DNA of 61,878 bases, counting the filler. It is 8 parts of 8 records of this genome, joined end to end, with 100 filler letters (N's around TTAATTAATTAA, not from the genome) between each part and the next. Parts side by side here need not be neighbours in the genome. Positions count along the whole stretch, not along the records: positions 1 to 13,339 come from SRR20825010_3356; 7 more parts are not named here. One strand, given 5' to 3'. This document shows, one piece after another, positions 1-10,313 of this stretch (position 1 is its first letter; every line of letters starts with the position of its first letter). Position numbers and translations under genes: made by a program. The notes beneath the pieces were generated by a model. That model was not told the DNA's origin and searched no databases. It saw only the letters and a program-made list of their open reading frames with translations.

Positions 1-392
<392 letters not shown>

Positions 393-618
393 TGAAAGAC
401 TCCGCAAATGGGCGGCCGGCAGCGCATGGGCCGGCCCCCGGTGAATCGTGGGGCATATCGAGGGGGCGTATTGTACCCGCCCGCCCCCGTGCACGTCACC
501 TCCAGGCAGCGCCGTGCCCGGTTTCGCCTGTTGCCGGGGTGGGGATTCCGGTAGCATAAGCCCCGCTCGCAGTTGCGCTTGCGGTTTCTGCGGGGTCTTT
601 GTGTTTGATGGAGTGATC

Positions 619-1287
619 ATGAGCGATCAGCATCCCAGCCTGGCGCTACGTTTCCGCGGCTTTTTGCCGGTAGTCATTGACGTGGAAACCGGGGGATTCA
701 ATTCCCAGACCGACGCGCTGCTGGAAATCGCCGCCGTCCTGATAGAAATGGACGCCCAGGGCAACCTGCGCCCGTCCACCCGTATCCAGTTCCATGTGGA
801 CCCGTTCCCCGGAGCCAACCTGGAACAGGCGGCACTGGACTTCACCGGTATCGATCCGAGCAACCCGCTACGCGGCGCGGTCTCGGAAGAAACCGCCCTC
901 AAGGGGGTGTTCGAGCCCGTGCGCAAGGCAGTGAAGCAACATGGCTGCACCCGTGCTGTCTTGGTGGGGCACAACAGCTTCTTCGATCAGGGTTTCCTGA
1001 ATGCAGCCACCGACCGGACCGACATCAAGCGCAGTCCGTTCCACCCCTTCTCCAGTTTCGATACCGCCGCCCTGGCCGGGCTGGTATACGGGCAAACGGT
1101 GCTGGCCAAGGCCTGCGAAGCCGCAGGGATTCGTTTCAGCCAGCGCGAAGCTCATTCCGCTCTGTATGACGCCACCCGCACGGCGGAACTGTTCTGTTCC
1201 ATGGTCAATCGCTTCAAAACCCTGGGCGGCTGGCCCCCCCCCCCGGCAAAAACCATCCCGCCGACACTGGCGAAAGCGCTGGATTGA
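619..1287 (+). CDS. rnt: ribonuclease T (DEDDh exonuclease)
   Basis: [25 protein letters not shown] and AHSALYD motifs. ATG at 619 follows a GGAG RBS; the ORF-track extension from 448 is probably spurious. Confidence 0.95.
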   Translation: MSDQHPSLALRFRGFLPVVIDVETGGFNSQTDALLEIAAVLIEMDAQGNLRPSTRIQFHVDPFPGANLEQAALDFTGIDPSNPLRGAVSEETALKGVFEPVRKAVKQHGCTRAVLVGHNSFFDQGFLNAATDRTDIKRSPFHPFSSFDTAALAGLVYGQTVLAKACEAAGIRFSQREAHSALYDATRTAELFCSMVNRFKTLGGWPPPPAKTIPPTLAKALD

Positions 1288-1289
1288 GT

Positions 1290-1366
1290 TAACGCAACAC
1301 GCTCCACACAGGCACGCCACACGCTAAGACCACCGCATGTCCGCGTGTTGCATGCCGCATGAAGCA
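1290..1366. repeat. intergenic imperfect inverted repeat with ~7-nt periodic arms (CACGCnn / nnGCRTG)
   Basis: Left arm aacgcaacacgc...cacgccacacgc; right arm gcatgtccgcgtgttgcatgccgcatg. Related to the element at 9181-9256. Confidence 0.55.
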
Positions 1367-1367
1367 C

Positions 1368-1403
1368 AAAAAAAGGGGCGCTATTTCTAGCGCCCCTTTT
1401 TTT
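1368..1403. terminator. bidirectional intrinsic terminator between convergent rnt and peroxiredoxin
   Basis: A7-GGGGCGCTA-tttc-TAGCGCCCC-T7. Confidence 0.92.
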
Positions 1404-1415
1404 GCTGCGTCTTTA

Positions 1416-2018
1416 TTACAACTTGTCTGCATTACCAGACAGGTACTCGGCCACACCGTCCGGGGTGTCCTTCATACCGGAATCACCTTTCTGCCAGCCC
1501 GCCGGGCACACTTCGCCGTGCTCTTCGTGGAACTGCAGGGCATCAACCAGACGAATCAGTTCGTCCATGTTACGACCCAGCGGCAGATCGTTAACGATCT
1601 GGCTGCGCACCACACCGTTCTGGTCGATCAGGAACACGCCACGGAAGGCCATGCCGCCTTCGGACTCAACGTCGTAAGACTGGGCAATACCGTGGTTCAT
1701 GTCAGCAGCCAGGGTGTATTTCACCGGGCCGATACCGCCGTCGTTGACCGGGGTGTTGCGCCATGCGTTGTGGGTAAAGTGGCTGTCGATGGAAACACCG
1801 ATCACTTCCACGTTGCGTTCTTTGAACGCGTCCATGCGATGGTCCAGAGCGATCAGCTCGGACGGGCACACAAAGGTGAAGTCCAGCGGGTAGAAGAACA
1901 CCAGGCCGTACTTGCCCTTGATGGCTTCGGACAGGGTGAACTCGTCAACGATGCTGCCATCGCCCAATACAGCAGGAACAGTAAAATCCGGTGCAGGTTT
2001 ACCTACCAGAACGCCCAT
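1416..2018 (-). CDS. typical 2-Cys peroxiredoxin (AhpC/TSA family)
   Basis: FFYPLDFTFVCPSE (peroxidatic Cys) and GEVCPAGW (resolving Cys). Confidence 0.96.
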   Translation of the reverse strand: MGVLVGKPAPDFTVPAVLGDGSIVDEFTLSEAIKGKYGLVFFYPLDFTFVCPSELIALDHRMDAFKERNVEVIGVSIDSHFTHNAWRNTPVNDGGIGPVKYTLAADMNHGIAQSYDVESEGGMAFRGVFLIDQNGVVRSQIVNDLPLGRNMDELIRLVDALQFHEEHGEVCPAGWQKGDSGMKDTPDGVAEYLSGNADKL

Positions 2019-2246
2019 TGTTTCTCTCCATTGTTTCCATTCTTACGGTATAGCCAGAGCAAAGCACTCGCTCTGGCCGCTTGAAATCCTGTGGAGCAGC
2101 GATCATACAACGCCCGTTGCAATACTGCATGGGCTCATGCTGCAAAGTGCTGCTACGCACAATCATGGGGATTCCTCCCCGGCTTTCAACAGGCTCATCG
2201 GGTTGTTTGGCGCGAATGTGCACACTTTGCGCAAAACACCGCCAAC

Positions 2247-2978
2247 TCAACGGCGGGATCGGCTCCAGATCACGGTCCCCGTCAGCGCCAGGATCACCAG
2301 CACCAGCGCCGCCAGGTCCATGACCAGCTGCCCGGCCAGGCCAAACAAACGCCCGGCATGCAGATCCAGCAACAAGCGCTGCCAATTCAGTGACGGCGGC
2401 ACACTCTGCGCCACAATGCGTTGCTTCATAGTGTCAGGCAGAGGTTGCTGACGAGAAGCTATCCAGGCGGCATCATCGGGCAACGCCACGCTGGCCAGCT
2501 GGTCCACGTTGTACTGGAGCAGCCCCTGTTCGGTTTTCAGTACCAGCCCTCGATCATTGCGCCCCATGCCACTGAATGCGGGCACCCCATAGGCAGGGCC
2601 CATACGCTCCACTTGCTGCCCCTGGGTATCCAGCAACAATAGCTCGTCGGCACAGCCCACCACCGTCCAGCCATTTTCCTGCACCACGCCACGCAGCGGC
2701 GCCTGACAATAAAGGTTCTTTTCCCCGTCGATAAACAGGCTGTCATTGGCCTGGGCATACCACCGGCCTTGCAGGGATATAGCGGAAACCGCATCAGGCA
2801 CTGGCGCGCCATACCAACGTGCCAGCAACGGCGGCAGCGGCCGGGATGACCAACCAAAGGAGTCGATGTGATTAAGCAGGACGCCGGTGACAGACAGCAC
2901 CAGCACGGGCAGCGCCACGGCCAACCCCAACCAGCGATGCCAGCGGCGCCACTGCCGGGTCGGTTTGCGTTGGTTCAT
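2247..2978 (-). CDS. PepSY-associated TM-helix membrane protein (putative heme-binding reductase)
   Basis: RRWHRWLG...SVTGVLLNH N-terminal TM; C-terminal LLDLHAGRLFG plus TM. Start at ATG 2978 after GAGG. Confidence 0.85.
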   Translation of the reverse strand: MNQRKPTRQWRRWHRWLGLAVALPVLVLSVTGVLLNHIDSFGWSSRPLPPLLARWYGAPVPDAVSAISLQGRWYAQANDSLFIDGEKNLYCQAPLRGVVQENGWTVVGCADELLLLDTQGQQVERMGPAYGVPAFSGMGRNDRGLVLKTEQGLLQYNVDQLASVALPDDAAWIASRQQPLPDTMKQRIVAQSVPPSLNWQRLLLDLHAGRLFGLAGQLVMDLAALVLVILALTGTVIWSRSRR

Positions 2979-3021
2979 GACGGCCTCGGTATTCAAAAAA
3001 CCCGTTAATGCGCAGTAACCA

Positions 3022-3546
3022 CTACAGCGTAAGCTGCTGATCCAGCCACAGCGCCAGCCGGGCCGCACGCTGCAAGGCATCCACCGACAAGGTCGCACCG
3101 GTAATGCCATCGATGGAACGGTCCAGCTTGCCGTTTTCCAGTTGCGCCTGGTCGAACTGCCGGGTGAAGAAGGCATGCCGCACTTCCCAGCCCCGCGATT
3201 CGCGATAAATCAACACGCGCAAAGAAGCGATTCTACCGTCTTTAACACTAATACCAAGGGTAATGGGATGATCCCGCCCGATAACGTTCAGTACCCAGGC
3301 ACTGGTTGTCCCATCAGACCAGTAACGCTGGCGGAACCCCGGGTCCTCTTTGCTGAGCGCAACCGCCTGCTGGCGCTGCGTCTCATCCAGCCAAAGCATG
3401 GCCGGCGCTGGCACATCCGCAAACTGCTGCGCCATAAAATCTGCGACGGAAAGATACACATCTTCCGCGCGGGCGTTTCCTGACAGACACAGCAGCAGAG
3501 TGAGTGATGCCCACCCTGCTGCCTGTCGAAGCGATCTCAAGCCCAA
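3022..3546 (-). CDS. exported FMN-binding domain protein (covalent flavinylation site)
   Basis: Signal peptide ending NARA; IDGITGATLS matches the DxxS/TGAT ApbE-flavinylation motif; YRESRGWEV. Confidence 0.88.
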   Translation of the reverse strand: MGLRSLRQAAGWASLTLLLCLSGNARAEDVYLSVADFMAQQFADVPAPAMLWLDETQRQQAVALSKEDPGFRQRYWSDGTTSAWVLNVIGRDHPITLGISVKDGRIASLRVLIYRESRGWEVRHAFFTRQFDQAQLENGKLDRSIDGITGATLSVDALQRAARLALWLDQQLTL

Positions 3547-3549
3547 GGC

Positions 3550-4695
3550 CTAGAAGCTCCAGCCAATACCGAGATTGATGCTGTCGTCAGCCTTATCATC
3601 CTCGGTGGGGTTTTTGTAATTCACATTCTGCATATCGGCCTTCACTACCACCTGCGGCACAATCCAGTAGTTCACACCGAAAGTGCTGATCATAGAGGCT
3701 TCGTTGTCAGTACCGTCTTCTGCCAGCAGGTTAATGTTCTCATAACGACCGAACACACCCAGCTTCTCGGTGACTTTATAGGAAAGCTCATACAGCTCGC
3801 CGTCCTGACGGTCGGCATCCGTATTAAAACCGTTAAAGTCCCAGCGAGCTTTTTGTACCGTCGCGGTGATGCCCGCGATGGTGTAACGGGCATGGGCTTC
3901 CACCAGGCGGGCGCTGACGTCTTCCGGACCCAGGTCCTGGTTTACGTCTTGCTGGTACTGAACCGACGATGCCAGATCCAGCCCCGGAATGCCGACAAAG
4001 CGCAAACGCCCTGTGGCCGCCCCTTTATTGGCCGCCGCTTCAGAGACTTTCTGGCGGCTGCCGCGAATGCTGGTGGTGCTGCCCTGGAAATCCAGGCCGG
4101 AATGCACCGCGATGTCATAGGTCAGGCCAGCGCCCAGATCCTGGCTGAACATGGCACCGGCTTCCCACCAGGTCGCAGGAATCACCGCGCTTTCCAGGCG
4201 ATTACGCTCCACACCATAGAAGGTGTTCGGCTCATGGGTTTCGTTGATGATCCCCACCGGCACCAAAAATTGACCCAGCTTCAGCTTGGTATTGGCAGTC
4301 GTATCGATCTCGATGTAGGCCTGTTCAAGCTCAACCTCGCCGTCTTTGCCTTCCCCAGCCAGACCATGCTCCAGCTCAAACTCGGAGAAAAAACGCACTT
4401 TGTCCGTAAAATCGTAGCCGAAGAAAAGAACGAAACGATGCGCATCGACTTCGTCATTCTGCTGCTTGCCACCAAACTCGGGGTCTCTGTTGAAATGGTT
4501 ATAGTGCAGCTCGCCGTAACCGCCAATGCTCACTTTACCGAACGGATTGGAGGAGGCGCCCTGCTCTTTTTGCAGTGCTTCTACTTGCTGGGCAAGAATG
4601 TCGATCTGTTTTTGCAGGTCTTCGGCGGATTGCGCCGCCTGCGCAGAAAAAGGCACAGCAGCAATTGCCGCAGCCATAAGGGTACGCTTGAACAT
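3550..4695 (-). CDS. outer-membrane porin (OprO/P-like beta-barrel with N-terminal coiled coil)
   Basis: Signal peptide MFKRTLMAAAIAAVPFSAQA, coiled-coil stretch, GGYGELHYN, FFSEFELEH, VELEQAY and C-terminal aromatic GIGWSF. Confidence 0.85.
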   Translation of the reverse strand: MFKRTLMAAAIAAVPFSAQAAQSAEDLQKQIDILAQQVEALQKEQGASSNPFGKVSIGGYGELHYNHFNRDPEFGGKQQNDEVDAHRFVLFFGYDFTDKVRFFSEFELEHGLAGEGKDGEVELEQAYIEIDTTANTKLKLGQFLVPVGIINETHEPNTFYGVERNRLESAVIPATWWEAGAMFSQDLGAGLTYDIAVHSGLDFQGSTTSIRGSRQKVSEAAANKGAATGRLRFVGIPGLDLASSVQYQQDVNQDLGPEDVSARLVEAHARYTIAGITATVQKARWDFNGFNTDADRQDGELYELSYKVTEKLGVFGRYENINLLAEDGTDNEASMISTFGVNYWIVPQVVVKADMQNVNYKNPTEDDKADDSINLGIGWSF

Positions 4696-4767
4696 GTTTC
4701 TTCCCTTCCCTGATACAAGACTAGATAAGTAAATCGCGCAGGAATTTAAACGAAGAAGAAACAAGAT

Positions 4768-4782
4768 TGAAACTTATTCTTA
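4768..4782. promoter_or_regulatory. putative Fur box upstream of porin operon
   Basis: TGAAACT-T-ATTCTTA matches the 7-1-7 TGAGAAT-N-ATTCTCA variant at 11/14, about 70 nt upstream of the porin start. Confidence 0.55.
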
Positions 4783-4801
4783 ATACACTTTTTGTGGCCA
4801 A

Positions 4802-4839
4802 ACATTAAAAAACCCGGTTCACCCGGGTTTTTTAATGTT
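4802..4839 (-). terminator. intrinsic terminator of grxD
   Basis: Long hairpin aacattaaaaacccgg-ttcac-ccgggttttttaatgtt with a U-tract on either strand. Confidence 0.8.
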
Positions 4840-4888
4840 GAATATTATTCGGAGAAAAATAAAAAAGTTTTCCCGAATTTGATTCAAA

Positions 4889-5224
4889 TCAGGACTCGGA
4901 CTCATCCGACTCCACTGCAACATCTTCCACCAGCTCTTTGAGCTGGCCGGAACGGTACATATCCATGATGATGTCGCAGCCACCGACCAGCTCGCCGCCC
5001 ACCCACAACTGGGGGTACGTGGGCCAATTCGCATACTCTTTCAGGTTCTGACGAATTTCCGGCGCTTCCAGAATATTCACATAGGCAAACGGCTTGCCAA
5101 CGGCGGTCATGGCTTCCACTACCTGGGCGGAAAAACCGCACTGGGGAAACTGGGGAGACCCTTTCATGTAGAGGATCACCGGGTTTTTCTCGATCTGGTC
5201 TTTGATGACCTGCATCACATCCAT
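4889..5224 (-). CDS. grxD: monothiol glutaredoxin Grx4
   Basis: YMKGSPQFPQCGFS, WPTYPQL and GGCD motifs. Confidence 0.96.
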   Translation of the reverse strand: MDVMQVIKDQIEKNPVILYMKGSPQFPQCGFSAQVVEAMTAVGKPFAYVNILEAPEIRQNLKEYANWPTYPQLWVGGELVGGCDIIMDMYRSGQLKELVEDVAVESDESES

Positions 5225-5337
5225 TACTTCACCTATCTCGTATTGAGTGCCGTTACGCCTGTAAATCTCGCGGCACGTAATCATCTGGCAACACCCCTGC
5301 CACAGAGTTACGCCCTGTAGTGGCCATTGTACCACTG

Positions 5338-6885
5338 TCACCCCCCATAACCGCCACCACCCGGGGAGGCGATGATCAGGCGGTCGCCGGGAGCAACCTC
5401 GGTACTGTACTTGGGGGGCAAAGCCTGATTATTCAAGCGGTTCTCGCCGGCAGCGCCCTCCCCGCCGCCCGCCAACCCCCAGGGCCGGTAGCGGCGACGC
5501 TCGGTCAGCAGCGTCACACTGGCCGGCCCCAGGAACTCCAGTTCGCGCAGAATACCCTCACCCCCTCGATGCCGCCCGCTTCCCCCGCTACCCTGGCGAA
5601 GCTGATAGCGGTGCACGCGCAAGGGGTAATGAGACTCCAGGCTCTCGATCGGCGTGTTCAAGGTATTGGTCATATGGCTATGCACACCGGACAGCCCCGC
5701 ACCCGTGGCATGGCCACCAGTGCCACCGGCCATGGTTTCGTAATAATCCCAACCCTGTTCGCCCCCGGCCCCCATGGCCACGTTATTCATGGTCCCCTGG
5801 CTCGCCGCCGGAATCGCCTCTGGCGCCACTTGAGCCAACGCGCCCAACACCACATCCACCACCCTGGAGCTGGTTTCCACATTACCGGCTGCCACTGCCG
5901 CCGGGCGACGGGCATTAAGCAGTGAACCTTCCGGGGCGTACAATTTGATGGGACGGAACAGACCATCGCAGGCGGGCACATCGTCATCCATCAAACAACG
6001 AAAGCAGTAATAGGCGGCGGCCGCCGCCACGGACAAGGGGCAATTAATGTTGCCGGCAACCTGCCCGGCCGTACCGGTGAAATCCAGCGACGCTTCTTCC
6101 CCACAGATCGTCAGCGCCAGCACAATGGGAATATCCTGTTGCCCCTGGCCGTCATCATCCATGTAATCTGCAAAACGGTATTGCCCATCCGGCAGCGCCG
6201 CAATCCGCGCCCGGGCTCGCCGCTCACCGTAATCATTAAGCGCATCAAACGCCTGGGCCAGCGCCGCACCATCGTGCTCCGCCAACGCCACCAGACGGGC
6301 GGCCCCCGCCTCACAGGCACTGGCCTGCGCGGCAAAGTCGGCAAAGCGGGCATTGTCCACCGGCAACACCGCCCGGGCGTCGGCCTGCAGCCCTGCCAGG
6401 CGCCGGCACAGCGGCACATCCCACTGCCCCTGCTGCTTGAGCAACGTCGGCGCAATCACAATCCCTTCCTGGGCCAGGTCCGTAGACACAGGCATGGAGC
6501 CCGGGCTGTGAGCACCGATATTGGCGTGGTGGGCGCGGGTCACCGCGAAACCGAGCAACGTCGGCCCCACCAGCACCGGGGCAATCACGGTGACATCCGG
6601 CAGGTGCGTGCCGCCCAGATAGGGGTCATTCACCACCATCAGGTCCCCCGCTTGCCACTCCTTGCCAGCAACCAGATCGGCCATGGCGTAGGCCATGGAC
6701 CCCAAATGCACGGGAATATGCGCGGCCTGGGCACATAAGCGACCCTGAGCATCAAAAATGGCACAGGAAAAATCGAGCCGGTCCTTGATGTTCGGAGACA
6801 GGGCACTGAGACGCAGCACCGCGCCCATTTCATCGCAGACACCGGCAAGGCGGTTGGCAAAAATACTCAGCTGGACAGGATTCAT
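5338..6885 (-). CDS. hydantoinase B / oxoprolinase family protein
   Basis: SPNIKDRLDFSCA, HIPVHLGSM, NDPYLGGTHLPD, HMTNTLNTPIE and SPGGGGYG. Confidence 0.93.
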   Translation of the reverse strand: MNPVQLSIFANRLAGVCDEMGAVLRLSALSPNIKDRLDFSCAIFDAQGRLCAQAAHIPVHLGSMAYAMADLVAGKEWQAGDLMVVNDPYLGGTHLPDVTVIAPVLVGPTLLGFAVTRAHHANIGAHSPGSMPVSTDLAQEGIVIAPTLLKQQGQWDVPLCRRLAGLQADARAVLPVDNARFADFAAQASACEAGAARLVALAEHDGAALAQAFDALNDYGERRARARIAALPDGQYRFADYMDDDGQGQQDIPIVLALTICGEEASLDFTGTAGQVAGNINCPLSVAAAAAYYCFRCLMDDDVPACDGLFRPIKLYAPEGSLLNARRPAAVAAGNVETSSRVVDVVLGALAQVAPEAIPAASQGTMNNVAMGAGGEQGWDYYETMAGGTGGHATGAGLSGVHSHMTNTLNTPIESLESHYPLRVHRYQLRQGSGGSGRHRGGEGILRELEFLGPASVTLLTERRRYRPWGLAGGGEGAAGENRLNNQALPPKYSTEVAPGDRLIIASPGGGGYGG

Positions 6886-6889
6886 AAAG

Positions 6890-6996
6890 GCAATTGGCAG
6901 TTGATAATGGATAGTTGATAGCGAAAAACGGATGCACGGGCAGTCTGCCCTTGTTCATTGTGTTGCATCAACTATTAACTATTGGCCAATAACTGC
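6890..6996. repeat. intergenic hairpin with heptamer arms (ATAGTTG / CAACTAT-like)
   Basis: Left gcaattg-gcagttg-ataatgg-atagttg-atag; right atcaac-tattaac-tattggc-caataac-tgc; central gggcag-t-ctgccc. Confidence 0.65.
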
Positions 6997-7088
6997 GCTA
7001 TTATCGGGGGTTCCCGGCAGCCTAACAGCTGCCGTTTTTTGTTTTGGTCATGCCAAAACAGACGAATTCGCTTTAACGAGTCAGGGTA

Positions 7089-8273
7089 ATGAGCCAGCAA
7101 TTTTTGATTCCCACCTACGCGCGCCAGCCAGTGGCTTTCGTGCGGGGCGAGGGCGTGTGGTTGTACGATGAAAACGACCACAAATACATGGATGCCATCT
7201 CCGGGATTGGCGTGTGCAACCTGGGCCACTGCCACCCGGCAGTCACCCGCACCCTGGCCGAACAGGCCGGGCAGCTGATGCACACCTCCAACCTGTATCG
7301 TATTCCCGCCCAGGAATCCCTGGCCCAGCGCCTGTGCGAGCTGAGCGGCATGGAGAACGTATTTTTCTCCAACTCCGGCGCGGAAGCCAATGAGGCCGCC
7401 ATCAAGATTGCCCGCCTGTACGGCTCACGCAAACAGATTGCCCGACCCACCGTGATCGTCATGGAAGGCAGCTTCCATGGCCGCACCATGGCGACCCTGT
7501 CCGCCACCGCCAATGCCAAGGTGCAGGAAGGCTTTGCGCCTCTGCTGGACGGTTTCATCCGTGTGCCGTTCAACGATCTGGCAGCAGTAGAAGCCCTGGC
7601 TGATAATCACGATATTGTCGCCGTTCTGGTAGAACCGGTGCAGGGCGAAGGCGGTATCCACATTCCCGCAAACGATTACCTGGCCGGCCTGCGCACCCTG
7701 TGCGACCGCCAAGACTGGCTGCTGATGCTGGATGAAATCCAGTCCGGCAACGGCCGCACCGGGGATTACTTTGCCTGCCTGGGCGCCGGCATCACCCCCG
7801 ACGTACTAACCACCGCCAAAGGCCTGGGTAACGGCTTCCCCATCGGCGCCTGCCTGGTGGCCGGCAAGGCTGAAGGCGTTTTCGGCCCCGGGAACCACGG
7901 CAGCACCTACGGCGGCAACCCGCTGGGCTGCGCGACGGCCCTGGCGGTGGTGAACACCCTCACCGACGACATCATCGACGGCGTGGCCGATAAAGGCCGC
8001 TGGTTGAAAGACGCCTTTGTGCAGGCGTTTTCCGATCTGCCCATGGTCACCGAAATTCGCCAGAAAGGCCTGATGCTCGGCATCCAGCTCGATCGCCCCT
8101 GTGCCGAACTGGTCAACCGGGCCCGCGACGCCGGCCTGCTGATCAATGTCACTGCCGGTTCCGTGGTACGGCTACTGCCGCCACTGGTGATCAGCCAGGC
8201 AGAAATGCAGCAGCTGGTGGACACCCTGTCGACACTGATCCACCGTTTTGCCGACGAGCAGGAGGTCGCATGA
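7089..8273 (+). CDS. argD: acetylornithine aminotransferase (class III PLP)
   Basis: [42 protein letters not shown] and HGSTYGGNP; coupled to argF. Confidence 0.93.
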   Translation: MSQQFLIPTYARQPVAFVRGEGVWLYDENDHKYMDAISGIGVCNLGHCHPAVTRTLAEQAGQLMHTSNLYRIPAQESLAQRLCELSGMENVFFSNSGAEANEAAIKIARLYGSRKQIARPTVIVMEGSFHGRTMATLSATANAKVQEGFAPLLDGFIRVPFNDLAAVEALADNHDIVAVLVEPVQGEGGIHIPANDYLAGLRTLCDRQDWLLMLDEIQSGNGRTGDYFACLGAGITPDVLTTAKGLGNGFPIGACLVAGKAEGVFGPGNHGSTYGGNPLGCATALAVVNTLTDDIIDGVADKGRWLKDAFVQAFSDLPMVTEIRQKGLMLGIQLDRPCAELVNRARDAGLLINVTAGSVVRLLPPLVISQAEMQQLVDTLSTLIHRFADEQEVA

Positions 8274-9178
8274 CCCGTCATTTCCTGACCCTCACCGACT
8301 TGACCCCGGATGAGCTCGGCTATTTGATTCAGCGCGCCATCGAACTGAAAACCATGCTCCGTAATGGCCAGCACCACGAGCCGCTACAGGGTAAAACCCT
8401 GGGCATGATTTTCGAGAAATCATCCACGCGTACCCGGGTGTCTTTCGAAGTCGCCATGACCCACTTCGGTGGCGCCAGCATTTTCCTGTCACCCCGTGAC
8501 ACCCAGCTGGGCCGCGGCGAACCCATTGAAGATTCCGCCCGGGTGCTGTCCCGCATGGTTGACGCGGTCATGATCCGCACCTTTGACCACGCCACCCTGC
8601 AGACGTTTGCCGACCACTCTGCGGTACCGGTGATCAACGCCCTCACGGACGACTTTCACCCCTGCCAGTTGCTGGCCGACATGCAGACCTATGTGGAACA
8701 CCGCGGCAGCATTCAGGGCAAAAAAGTGGTGTGGGTAGGCGATGGCAACAATATGTGCGCCAGCTACATCAACGCCGCCAACCAGTTTGATTTCGAACTG
8801 GTGATCAGCAGCCCGGACGGCTTCACCCCGGACAGCGACTTGCTGGGCCGCTACCCGGACCGGGTCAGCCTGGAGCCGGACGTAGCCACCGCCGTACAAG
8901 GCGCTCACCTGGTGGTCACCGATGTATGGGCCTCCATGGGCCAGGAAGACGAACAACAAACTCGCCTGAATGCCTTTGACGGTTACCAGGTCACCCCGGA
9001 GCTGATGGACAAGGCCGACCCGGATGCGCTGTTCATGCACTGCCTGCCGGCCCACCGCGGCGAGGAAGTCAGCCACGAAATGATGGATGATCCTCGTGCC
9101 GTGGTCTGGGACGAAGCGGAAAACCGCCTGCACGCACAGAAAGCCCTGCTGGAATTTCTGCTCACCGGGCAGCATTGA
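8270..9178 (+). CDS. argF: ornithine carbamoyltransferase
   Basis: [20 protein letters not shown] and HCLP motifs; ATGA overlap with argD. Confidence 0.97.
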   Translation: MTRHFLTLTDLTPDELGYLIQRAIELKTMLRNGQHHEPLQGKTLGMIFEKSSTRTRVSFEVAMTHFGGASIFLSPRDTQLGRGEPIEDSARVLSRMVDAVMIRTFDHATLQTFADHSAVPVINALTDDFHPCQLLADMQTYVEHRGSIQGKKVVWVGDGNNMCASYINAANQFDFELVISSPDGFTPDSDLLGRYPDRVSLEPDVATAVQGAHLVVTDVWASMGQEDEQQTRLNAFDGYQVTPELMDKADPDALFMHCLPAHRGEEVSHEMMDDPRAVVWDEAENRLHAQKALLEFLLTGQH

Positions 9179-9180
9179 TG

Positions 9181-9256
9181 GCAACGCTGCACGCACCATG
9201 CAACACGCACCACCAGGACATTGTCCCGTGGTGTGTGCAGCGTGAAGCCTGGAGCA
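9181..9256. repeat. intergenic hairpin with CACGC-type heptamer arms
   Basis: aacgctgcacgcacca (9183-9198) is a near-perfect inverse of tggtgtgtgcagcgtg (9229-9244); inner ggaca-t-tgtcc. Confidence 0.7.
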
Positions 9257-9263
9257 CACGACC

Positions 9264-10313
9264 ATGAACGAGCCGTTGCTTAACCTCAACCATCTGGCCT
9301 GTGGCTACCACCAGCAAACCGTGGTCAGCGACCTGAGCCTGACGCTGGCAGCGGGTGAAATTGCCTGCTTGCTGGGCCCCAGCGGCTGTGGCAAGACCAC
9401 CACATTGCGAGCCATCGCCGGATTGGAACCGGTGACCGCCGGCTCTATCAGCATTCAGGGAAAACAGGTCTCCGGCCCCCACCGTCAGCTGCCTCCCAAC
9501 CAGCGCGGCCTGGGTATGGTCTTCCAGGAACACGCCCTGTTTCCTCATCTCACCGTGGCAAACAACGTGGCGTTCGGCCTGCGCCAGCAGAGCCGGGAGG
9601 AACGCGAAGAGCGGGTACACGCGAGCCTGCAACGGGTACGGCTCAGCGGCCTGGAACAACGCTACCCCCACGAGCTCTCCGGCGGCCAACAGCAGCGCGT
9701 GGCTCTGGCCCGAGCGCTGGCCCCCCAGCCCGCCCTGCTACTGCTGGACGAGCCTTTTTCCAGCCTGGATCTGGATCTGCGCCGGGCCCTGGCCCGGGAA
9801 CTGGGCGACATCCTGCGTCAGGAAAAGGTCACCACCCTGCTGGTCACCCACGACCAGGAAGAAGCCTTTGCGCTGGCCGACCGGGTCGGCGTCATGCAAC
9901 AGGGCCACCTGGAGCAATGGGATACGCCCTATAACATTTACCACGCGCCGGCGAACCGGTTCGTGGCAGAGTTCGCCGGCTACGGTACCTTCCTGCGCGG
10001 CACCGTGCGCGATGGCAACACCGTTCACACCACCCTGGGCGATGTGACCGGCCGCAGCCATGCCCCCTTGCAACCGGGTACTGAAGTAGAAGTACTGCTC
10101 CGCCCGGAAGACGTGATTGCTGACGAATCTGCTCCCCTGGCGCTCCCCGTCATCCGGCGCCAGTTCACCGGCGCCAGCATCCTCTACCACTTGCGGGTCG
10201 GCGCCAACGAAACCCTGCTCTGCCAAACCGACAGCCACACCAATGTGGTGGAAGGCGATAACCTGCATGTGCGGCTGGGCACCAAGCATTTGGTCACGTT
10301 CGAAGTCAGTTGA
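9264..10313 (+). CDS. ABC transporter ATPase, FbpC/PotA-like with TOBE domain
   Basis: GPSGCGKT, LSGGQQQRV and LLLDEP; no permease adjacent. Confidence 0.92.
   Translation: MNEPLLNLNHLACGYHQQTVVSDLSLTLAAGEIACLLGPSGCGKTTTLRAIAGLEPVTAGSISIQGKQVSGPHRQLPPNQRGLGMVFQEHALFPHLTVANNVAFGLRQQSREEREERVHASLQRVRLSGLEQRYPHELSGGQQQRVALARALAPQPALLLLDEPFSSLDLDLRRALARELGDILRQEKVTTLLVTHDQEEAFALADRVGVMQQGHLEQWDTPYNIYHAPANRFVAEFAGYGTFLRGTVRDGNTVHTTLGDVTGRSHAPLQPGTEVEVLLRPEDVIADESAPLALPVIRRQFTGASILYHLRVGANETLLCQTDSHTNVVEGDNLHVRLGTKHLVTFEVS

Noticed and set aside
2019-2246. bfd ferredoxin or other small gene between peroxiredoxin and PepSY
   Set aside because: No CxC...CxxC Bfd pattern with a plausible start; the short overlapping ORFs look spurious.
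9264-10313. Orphan ABC ATPase as a novelty
   Set aside because: An FbpC-like ATPase directly after argF is a known arrangement in Pseudomonas-like genomes.
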